Shown here: positions 35,990-42,935 of the stretch, one piece after another
Layout of the letters: the number at the start of each line of letters is the position of its first letter
How positions within the stretch are numbered: the first letter of the stretch is position 1
Source: Thermoleophilaceae bacterium
Lineage (GTDB): Bacteria; Actinomycetota; Thermoleophilia; Solirubrobacterales; Thermoleophilaceae
Length of the DNA stretch: 57,197 nt
Direction of reading: 5' to 3'
NCBI GenBank assembly: GCA_035264265.1
Contig: DATFQM010000101.1
Location: forward strand, 1 to 57,197
Notes under the pieces: generated by a model
What the model was told of the DNA's origin: nothing
What the model saw: only the letters and a program-made list of their open reading frames with translations
Database searches by the model: none
Position numbers and translations under genes: made by a program

Positions 35990-37759
35990 TCAACCGCGCT
36001 GAAGCAGCGACCAAATGTGCCTGGTCACCCCGGCTACCGCGCCTTCGGGGAGCGCCGCAGACCACTGCGGTGTGCCCACACGGAGAACGAGTCCCCTGCC
36101 GAGCCGGTAGACCACGAAGGCCGGCTGGCCGGGGTCGCGCCCGGCAGCTGCCAGCCGCCTGGCCCCTGGGGGGAGTGCCATCGAGCGCTCGAATATCGAG
36201 AACTCCCCCACGAAACGCTCGTCGAAAAGCCCGATGCGGTCCCGCTCCACCGCCAGCGGTGCCGGGCTCGCTCTCAGCAGCCTGGTGCGCTCGCCGAGGG
36301 CGTTCTCCGGGCGTGCGGCGGTGGGGTCTCGCAGGACCCCCGCGTTCAGGCGGACGGAGCGTCGCAGGGCGTCCGCTCCGAACGAAGCCAGCCGCCCACC
36401 ATCCTTCACGTACCGCTGCAGCCCCCGCAGGGAGGTGGGAGTGAGCCAGCGAGCGCTGCCGGCGAGCGCCGCGCCGGGGGCTCTCGCGAGGGACGGGTGC
36501 TCGCCGCGGTCGAGGGAGACGTCGGTAGTCAGGTCGAAGGGAAGCTTCTCGCGGTCGAGGAAGCGCAAAAGCGGCGTTGCTTGCGAGTCGTACAGCGGTG
36601 GTGGTCGGCCCCGCGCGAAGGGCCGCTCCAGCCGCACGGAGCGCGAGTCCTGAAGTGTCTCGGCGAAGCCGTCCAAGTCGTCGTCGAAGCGGTTCAGGCC
36701 CTCCCAGCTGACCACGGGCAGTACCACCAGCGGGCGGGGCCCGCGGGCCTGGGGGCGTCCCTCCACTGCGAGCGGCCAGACCGCTCTCCTCCGTCGGGCC
36801 CGCACCCGCAAGAGGTAGACGCCGGTACGAGCACGCGGAGGGACGCGTACCCGGAAGCGCCCGCCGAAGCGGCTGCCCCGCTTCACGATGCGCTTCGAGC
36901 CGAGCCTCGACAGGGCGAACTCGAAGCCGCGCGGGTACGGCCCGACCTCGAGCACGGCCGGCGAGCCCGCCCGAAGGACGCCCACCGGCCCGAGCAGCGT
37001 CAGATGGCGAACCGATACTCCGGTGCCCGGGAGGGCCAGCTCCGCGGTCGGTATCTCCGCCGGGGCGACGCCCCGGTTGCCCGCCCCGTCGCGGATGGTC
37101 ACCGTGAAGGCATAGTCGCCGTCCACCGCGGGGTGGCCGCGGATGTGGCCCCGCCACAGGCCCATCCGCTTGTCGTTGCCCCGGAAGCGCGCCACCACCC
37201 GAGGGCTCCCGTCGTCCGTACGGAAGATCCGGAACTCCGGCGCCCCGTTTCGGAGCCCGCGATAGCGGATCGCGACGCGCGGGTGCCGGCCCGGATCGCC
37301 CGGAGCGATCACTCCGGGGCGGGCCGAGCTGAGCTCCACCCTGGGCGGCCTCGTATCGACCCTGAGCTCCTTGAAGGAGTTGATCACGCGGCCCTCGTCA
37401 CGGCGCACCAGGCGCAGCCGATATATACCGTCGGGCACCCGCCGGCCGGCGTCGTCGCGCCCGTTCCAGAAGAAGCGGTGCTTCGTGTCGCCCGCGAGCC
37501 GGCGGTCGTCCACGAGCCGGCGCACGTCGCTGCCCTCCGAGTCCACCACGGAGAAGGAGACCGTGGCGGGCTCGGACAGGTCGAAGCCCACGATGGCGCC
37601 GTCGCGCACACCGTCGCCATTGGGAGAGATCGCTTTCGGAGCCACCGCGAAGCGAAGCACGAGCGGGAACTCTCCCTTGAGCTGCTGCGTGACGAAGAAC
37701 ACGGCGATCGTGGCGCCGACCAACGCGGCGAAGGCGGCGCGGACCAGAGGACTGCCCAT
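35990..37759 (-). CDS. membrane-anchored protein with two FlgD-Ig-like domains and a C-terminal N,N-dimethylformamidase-beta-subunit-like (GATase1-like) domain; function unknown
   Basis: TM helix AAFAALVGATIAVFFV. Sequences ISPNGDGVRDGAIVGFDLSEPATVSFSVVD..FFWNGRDDAGRRVPDGIYRLRL and ..AVDGDYAFTVTIRDGAGN look FlgD-Ig-like. The C-terminal half (LVVLPVVSWEGLNRFDDDLDGF..LERPF..LRFLDREKLPFDLTTDVSL..LQRYVKDGGRLASFG) is assigned from memory of the DMFase-beta-like family and is tentative. Confidence 0.7.
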   Translation of the reverse strand: MGSPLVRAAFAALVGATIAVFFVTQQLKGEFPLVLRFAVAPKAISPNGDGVRDGAIVGFDLSEPATVSFSVVDSEGSDVRRLVDDRRLAGDTKHRFFWNGRDDAGRRVPDGIYRLRLVRRDEGRVINSFKELRVDTRPPRVELSSARPGVIAPGDPGRHPRVAIRYRGLRNGAPEFRIFRTDDGSPRVVARFRGNDKRMGLWRGHIRGHPAVDGDYAFTVTIRDGAGNRGVAPAEIPTAELALPGTGVSVRHLTLLGPVGVLRAGSPAVLEVGPYPRGFEFALSRLGSKRIVKRGSRFGGRFRVRVPPRARTGVYLLRVRARRRRAVWPLAVEGRPQARGPRPLVVLPVVSWEGLNRFDDDLDGFAETLQDSRSVRLERPFARGRPPPLYDSQATPLLRFLDREKLPFDLTTDVSLDRGEHPSLARAPGAALAGSARWLTPTSLRGLQRYVKDGGRLASFGADALRRSVRLNAGVLRDPTAARPENALGERTRLLRASPAPLAVERDRIGLFDERFVGEFSIFERSMALPPGARRLAAAGRDPGQPAFVVYRLGRGLVLRVGTPQWSAALPEGAVAGVTRHIWSLLQRG

Positions 37760-37820
37760 GGCCGGCGGAACGGTAGTGGGCGGCCCAGCCGCCCCGCGCC
37801 TGGCGCAGAATGTCGTGCCG

Positions 37821-38939
37821 ATGCGCGTTCAGCTGGTGGACCCCCGCGGCGACGTGACCCCGTACGACCACGCCCTCAGCGCGGCGCTCGCCCGGCGTGG
37901 GGCGGAGGTCGAGCTCGTCACCTCGCGCTTCGTCTACGGCCCGATCCCCGAGGCGCGCGGCTATGAGGTCAGCGAGCGCTTCTACCGGCACGCGGTGCGC
38001 CGCGGCGAGCGGCGCCGCTCCCGCCAGGCGCTGCGCCTGCTCGAGCACGTGCCCGACATGCTTCGCTACCGCGGCCACGCCGGAGGGGCCGACGTGCGCC
38101 ATTTCCAGTGGCTCCCGCTCGAGGCAATCGACTCCGTGCTGATCCCGAACGAGAGGCCGCGCCTGATGACCCTTCACAACGTGATCCGCCGCGGGGAGGG
38201 TCGCCTCAGCGCGGCGGTCACCCGGCGCCTGGCCGAGCGGATGGACGCCGTGCTCGTGCACACGGAGCACGGCAGCCGCCGTCTCAGGGAGCGGCTCGGC
38301 GTCGACCCGAGCAAGGTACGGGTGGTCCCCCACGGGGCGTTCGAGCACCTGACCCGTCAGCGCGAGGAGGTGCCATTGCCTGACGAGCTGGCCGCGGTCG
38401 AAGCGCCCGTGGTGCTGAGCTTCGGCATGCTGCGGCCGTACAAGGGCATCGACGTGCTCCTGGATGCCTTCCGGGAGGTGCCTGGAGCCGAGCTGTGGGT
38501 GGTCGGCCGCCCGCTCGACGAGTCGATCATGGGCGGGCTGCACGAGCAGGCCCGGAAAGCGGCGGGGACCGTGCGGTTCGTGACCCGCTACATCACCGAA
38601 GCCGAGATCCCGGCCTTCTTCCGCCGCGCCGACCTGGTCGTGCTGCCGTACCGCTCGGTCGACCAGTCGGGCGTGCTCTACATCGGCCTCGCGTTCGGCA
38701 AGCCCATGGTGATATCGGCGGTGGGCGGCTTCGAGGAGGTGGGCGACGAGCACAGGGCTGCGCGGCTCGTGCCGCCGGGCGAGCCGGAGCCGCTGGCGGC
38801 GGCGATCAGCGAGCTGCTGCGTGATCCCGCCCGACGGGCCCGCCTCGGTGAGCGGGCGGCGGTGGCCGCCGCCGGGCCCTACTCGTGGGACAACGCCGCC
38901 GCTCGCACGATGGCCCTGTACGAAGAGCTGCTCGCGTGA
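37821..38939 (+). CDS. glycosyltransferase family 4 (second copy)
   Basis: ATG 37821. Sequence MRVQLVDPRGDVTPYDHALSAALARRGAEVELVT.. with a C-terminal GT1 domain (LSFGMLRPYKGIDVLL..VLPYRSVDQSGVLYIGLAFGKPMV). Confidence 0.85.
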   Translation: MRVQLVDPRGDVTPYDHALSAALARRGAEVELVTSRFVYGPIPEARGYEVSERFYRHAVRRGERRRSRQALRLLEHVPDMLRYRGHAGGADVRHFQWLPLEAIDSVLIPNERPRLMTLHNVIRRGEGRLSAAVTRRLAERMDAVLVHTEHGSRRLRERLGVDPSKVRVVPHGAFEHLTRQREEVPLPDELAAVEAPVVLSFGMLRPYKGIDVLLDAFREVPGAELWVVGRPLDESIMGGLHEQARKAAGTVRFVTRYITEAEIPAFFRRADLVVLPYRSVDQSGVLYIGLAFGKPMVISAVGGFEEVGDEHRAARLVPPGEPEPLAAAISELLRDPARRARLGERAAVAAAGPYSWDNAAARTMALYEELLA

Positions 38940-39007
38940 AAGCGCTGTTCCTGGGCGGAACAAGCGCTCGGCAGCGCCTCGAGTGGCTGGTCGAGCAGGG
39001 CTGCTAA
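38936..39007 (+). pseudogene. 23-codon stub resembling the N-terminus of an NAD-dependent epimerase/dehydratase
   Basis: The GTG overlaps the GT4 stop (GTGA) and encodes VKALFLGGTSARQRLEWLVEQGC*. A Rossmann-type MKALxLGGT start is followed by an early TAA. The next ~380 bp hold only short coding-like fragments in different frames. Confidence 0.25.
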
Positions 39008-39386
39008 GTGCCCGCCGTGGTGGCCGCGGAGCCGGACGACTGGACCCCATCAGGAGCTCGACCTCGTGGCCAAGCCGCAGGGTGAGGGCCGCTGCTTGAG
39101 CCGTGACGAGCTCGAGACGCAGCGCCGCCTCCGACCGGAAGACGACGTGGAGCGCGAGCTCCGCGCGTTCTGGTATCTGCCCTGGCCCGGGCGACGCTGG
39201 AGGTTGGCGGGCGCGAGCTGACGCTCGTGGACGACGGCTTGCTCGGACAGGTCGCGTGGGGCTACCGAGAGGCGGCGCAGATCCCCTAGCGAATCATTCC
39301 GGCGCGGCTCCTCCGAGCGGCACGGCGGGCTGCCAGGGCACACGAGGACGGAATCAACCGGCTGGCGGGGGTGTATCGTCAATCCG

Positions 39387-42300
39387 ATGGCCGGGCTCGC
39401 GTGCGCCTCTTGCGGAACCGAGAACCCTCCGGGGGCGCGCTTCTGCATGTCCTGCGGCTCGGCGCTCGAGCGCAGCTGCCCCAACTGCGGCGAGAAGGCG
39501 CCCCCCGAGGCTCGTTTCTGCATGGCCTGCGGGACCGCGCTGGACGCGGACGTGGTGCCGGCGCCAGCCGCAGCGCCTCCCCGCGAGCGGCCTCCCGAGG
39601 AGCGGCGGCAGGTGACCGTACTGTTCGCCGACCTGTCCGGCTACACGGCGGTGGCCGAGCGGATGGACCCGGAGACCGTCAAGAAGCTGGTGGACGCGAC
39701 GCTCCAGCGGCTCGGACAGGAGGTCGAGCGCTACGGCGGCACGGTGGACAAGTACATCGGCGACAACGTGATGGCGTTGTTCGGCGCGCCGGTGGCCCAC
39801 GAGGACGACGTCGAGCGTGCCGTGCGAGCTGCGCTCGGCATGCAGAGCGCCATGACCGAGGTCAACGAGCGCCTGCCCGAGGGCGTCTCCTTCGCCCTGC
39901 GCGCGGGGCTGAACACGGGCGAGGTGCTGGCCGGCGCGGTCGGGCAGGACTACACCGTGGTCGGCGACACCGTGAACGTGGCAGCCCGGCTCCAGACCGC
40001 GGCCCAACCTGGCAGCGTCACCGTCGGCGAGCGAACCATGCGGGCCACGAGCGAGGCCGTCCGCTACGAGCCGCTCGAGCCGCTCGAGCTCAAGGGCAAG
40101 TCGGAGCCGGTGCCAGCCTGGGAGGCGGTCGGCCTGATCACCGAGCACGCGCTCCGGCGCGCGACCAGCGGGCGGGAGGCGCCGCTCGTGGGCCGCGACT
40201 ACGAGGTCGGTGCCCTCGAGTCCCTGTACGAGCGGGTGGTTCGCGAGGAGCGGCCCCACCTGGTGACCCTCATCGGCGAGGCCGGCGTGGGCAAGTCGCG
40301 CCTGCTGAGCGAGCTCGAGCAGCGGCTCGGCGACGGCGAGAAGGCCGCCGCCCTGCGCACAGGGCGCTGCCTCCCCTACGGCTCGGGCATCGTGTTCTGG
40401 GCGCTCGGCGAGGTGCTGCGCGAGGAGTGCGAGATCGTCGAGACCGACAGCTCCGAAGAGGCCTGGCACAAGCTCTCCTCATACGTGCGGCGAGTGCTGG
40501 CGCAGGCCGGCGAGCAGTTGTCCGAACCGCCCGAGCGGCGCGCGGCGATCATCGGACGATCGCTGGGACTCGAGGTGCCGCAGGAGCTGGCGAGGATCGA
40601 CTCGGAGGACCCGGAGCGGGTTCGCGAGAGCTTCTTCTCGGCGCTCCGCTCGGTGATCGAGGCGATGGCCCGGAGGCGCCCACTGGTGCTCGCCTTCGAG
40701 GACATCCACTGGGCGGACGAGGGAATGCTCGACGTGATCGAGCACCTCGCCCAGTGGGTGCGAGCGCCGCTGATGCTGCTCTGCCTCACACGTGACGAGC
40801 TGCTGGAGCAGCGGCCGAGCTGGGGCGGCGGCCGCCGCAACGCTACGCAGCTGTTCCTGGAGCCGCTGACCGTGGAGGACACGCGCGAGCTCGTCACGGC
40901 GCTCCTGCCGGGCGACGGTGGCGCCGAGGTGGCGCCGGTGGTGGCCGAACGCTCTGGCGGCAACCCCCTGTTCGCCGAGGAGATGGTCCGCAGAATCAAG
41001 GAGGAGGGCAGTACCCAGGCCCTCGAGCTGCCCGAGACCGTGCAGGCGGTGCTCGCTGCGCGCCTGGACGCGCTGGACCCGTTCGAGCGAAGGCTGGTGC
41101 AACAGGCCGCCGTGGTGGGACGGACCTTCTGGGCGAGCTGGCTGGTGGGCGTGGCGGCGGCGGAGGGGCGCGACCTGGAGCGGGCGCTGATGGCGCTACG
41201 GGAGAAGGACATCCTTGCGCCCGGGTCGGAGGGTCGCCTGGCGGGTGAGCGGGAGCTCGCCTTCAACCACGTGCTGATCCGGGACGTGGCGTACGGGATG
41301 CTCCCCAAGGCGGTGCGCTCGCGGAAGCACTTCGAGCTCGGCGCGTTCATCGAGGAGCGGGCCGGCGATCGCACGGACGAAGTGGTCCCCCTGCTGGGGG
41401 AGCACTACGGGCGCGCGGCGGCGCTGGGGCGCGAGGGCGGGCTCCCCAGGGAGGAGCTTGGCCCGATGCGCGAGCGTGCCGTCCGCTTCCTCGAGGAGGC
41501 GGGCGACGCGGCGGCGCTCCTGTACTCGAACCGCGAGGCAGCCTCTCACTACCGCCACGCACGCGAGGTCGGCTCGGAGGATCCAGCCATGCTCGTGCGA
41601 ATCGGGGAGAAGCTCGGGGACGTCTCCCTGCGGCTCGGCCGGGTGGACGAGGCGATCGGCGTCTGGCAGGAGTGCCTCGAGTACCACCGCGGCCAGGAGG
41701 ACCTGGAGCGGGTGGCCGACCTGCACCGCAAGATCGGCGCCGGTCTGTCGCACAAGGGCGAGCGCAAGGCCGCGATTGAGCACTACCAGAAGGGCATCAA
41801 CCTGCTGAAGGACGGCCCACCCCGGCTCGAGCTCGTGCGGCTCTACGAGGAGGCCGCCTGGCTCTACCTGCACACGGGCGACAACATGCTCGCGATCTAC
41901 GCGTCGGAGAAGGCGCTACGGCTGGCCGAGCGTCTCGGCGAGACCCGGGCGGCGAGCCGCGCGCACGGGATCTTCGGGCGCGTCTTCGGCCGCATCGGCG
42001 ACACCGAGAAGGCGCGCTCCAACCTCGAGCGCTCGGTGGAGCTCGCGCGCGGCTCCGACCATGGCGAGACGATCCTGGCGCTGCTGGCACTCGGGCGGCA
42101 CCTGGAGATCTCCGAGGCCGAGGTCGGGCTGGCGGCCTCCGCATACGCTGAGGCGCTGACCCTCGCGGAGCAGGTAGGCGACCTGCCAGCCCAGGTGGAG
42201 CTGCACGCTGCCATCGCGCAGCTTGCGGTGTACCGGGCGGACTGGGACCAGGTCGAGGAGTCCACCGAGGCGAGCGCCGACCTCGCCGAGCGCGAGGGAC

Positions 42301-42935
42301 TGGTGGGCAAGCTATGCCTCCCCTACGTCTTGCGCGGACTGCTCCGCTGGCGCGAGGGCGACGCGGCCGGCGCCACGCGCCTGTTCCGCCAGGCCCATGA
42401 GCTCGCGGAGAAGGTGGGCTGGTCCGAGCTGGCGTTCCAAGCCCTGTTCGGGCTGGCCCTGGGGCTACGGGACGACGGCGACCTGAACGGCGCGGTCATC
42501 GCGCTGGACCAGGCCGTGGACGTCTGCGAGCGCGCGGGATTGATCGCGCAGTCGATCCAGGCCACGGCCCTCCGCGCCGTCGTGCTCGCGCTGGCCGGGC
42601 GCTCCGACCAGGCCCGCGAGTCCGCCTCCGAGGCCGCCGAGCTGGCCGACCGCCTGCACTACCCGATCGGTCGCGCGGCCGCGCTCGAGGCACAGGGAGC
42701 CACCGCCAACGACCCGGACGAGGGCGCCCGCCTGCTCGAGGAGGCAGAGACCGTGTGGGAGGACCTCGACCGCCCGCTCGAGGCTGCTCGCTGCCGCCTG
42801 CTGGCCGGCCAGAGGCTGGTCGACCACGACCCGGAGCGGTCGCGGGTCCTGCTCGAGTCCGCCGCCCAGGCGACCGAGCGCCTTGGCGTGCCGCACCTGT
42901 CAGAGCGCGCTCGCGCCCTGGTCAGCGGGCCCTAG
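39387..42935 (+). CDS. multidomain signalling protein: double zinc ribbon, class III adenylate/guanylate cyclase, STAND/AAA_16 P-loop ATPase and TPR array
   Basis: The zinc ribbons are CASCG..FCMSCG and CPNCG..FCMACG. The cyclase core is RRQVTVLFADLSGYT..KYIGDNVMALFGAP..VVGDTVNVAARLQ. Walker A is LIGEAGVGKSRL and Walker B is LVLAFEDIHWADEG. About 450 aa of TPR-like helices follow (..LGDVSLRLGRVDEAIGVWQECLEY..). No HTH is visible. Confidence 0.9.
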   Translation: MAGLACASCGTENPPGARFCMSCGSALERSCPNCGEKAPPEARFCMACGTALDADVVPAPAAAPPRERPPEERRQVTVLFADLSGYTAVAERMDPETVKKLVDATLQRLGQEVERYGGTVDKYIGDNVMALFGAPVAHEDDVERAVRAALGMQSAMTEVNERLPEGVSFALRAGLNTGEVLAGAVGQDYTVVGDTVNVAARLQTAAQPGSVTVGERTMRATSEAVRYEPLEPLELKGKSEPVPAWEAVGLITEHALRRATSGREAPLVGRDYEVGALESLYERVVREERPHLVTLIGEAGVGKSRLLSELEQRLGDGEKAAALRTGRCLPYGSGIVFWALGEVLREECEIVETDSSEEAWHKLSSYVRRVLAQAGEQLSEPPERRAAIIGRSLGLEVPQELARIDSEDPERVRESFFSALRSVIEAMARRRPLVLAFEDIHWADEGMLDVIEHLAQWVRAPLMLLCLTRDELLEQRPSWGGGRRNATQLFLEPLTVEDTRELVTALLPGDGGAEVAPVVAERSGGNPLFAEEMVRRIKEEGSTQALELPETVQAVLAARLDALDPFERRLVQQAAVVGRTFWASWLVGVAAAEGRDLERALMALREKDILAPGSEGRLAGERELAFNHVLIRDVAYGMLPKAVRSRKHFELGAFIEERAGDRTDEVVPLLGEHYGRAAALGREGGLPREELGPMRERAVRFLEEAGDAAALLYSNREAASHYRHAREVGSEDPAMLVRIGEKLGDVSLRLGRVDEAIGVWQECLEYHRGQEDLERVADLHRKIGAGLSHKGERKAAIEHYQKGINLLKDGPPRLELVRLYEEAAWLYLHTGDNMLAIYASEKALRLAERLGETRAASRAHGIFGRVFGRIGDTEKARSNLERSVELARGSDHGETILALLALGRHLEISEAEVGLAASAYAEALTLAEQVGDLPAQVELHAAIAQLAVYRADWDQVEESTEASADLAEREGLVGKLCLPYVLRGLLRWREGDAAGATRLFRQAHELAEKVGWSELAFQALFGLALGLRDDGDLNGAVIALDQAVDVCERAGLIAQSIQATALRAVVLALAGRSDQARESASEAAELADRLHYPIGRAAALEAQGATANDPDEGARLLEEAETVWEDLDRPLEAARCRLLAGQRLVDHDPERSRVLLESAAQATERLGVPHLSERARALVSGP

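Noticed and set aside
35936-37966. Very long ORFs antisense to, or out of frame with, the genes called above. Examples are 35936..37966 + (676 aa), 12320..13510 - (396 aa), the N-terminal 465 codons of 13945..15648 -, 21334..22602 -, 23423..25078 +, 37398..39050 - and 52934..54598 +.
   Set aside because: Their translations are Arg/Gly/Pro/Ala-rich low-complexity strings without motifs. They mirror a well-supported gene on the other strand or frame, which is the expected shadow-ORF artefact where stop codons are rare in GC-rich DNA.
39050-39523. A minus-strand ORF with a striking internal repeat (MQKRASGGAFSPQ .. MQKRAPGGFSVPQ) in the largest intergenic region.
   Set aside because: The repeat is simply the antisense of the duplicated zinc-ribbon codons (..RFCMSCG / ..RFCMACG) at the 5' end of the STAND-cyclase gene. 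The remainder is low-complexity, so this is not a gene.
39387-42935. The STAND-TPR protein as an Avs-like antiviral sensor or defence island.
   Set aside because: There is no nuclease, protease, TIR or Sir2-type effector domain, no neighbouring defence or mobile genes, and the flanks are housekeeping envelope genes. The cyclase-ATPase-TPR layout is a known actinobacterial signalling theme. It is kept only as a signalling oddity.
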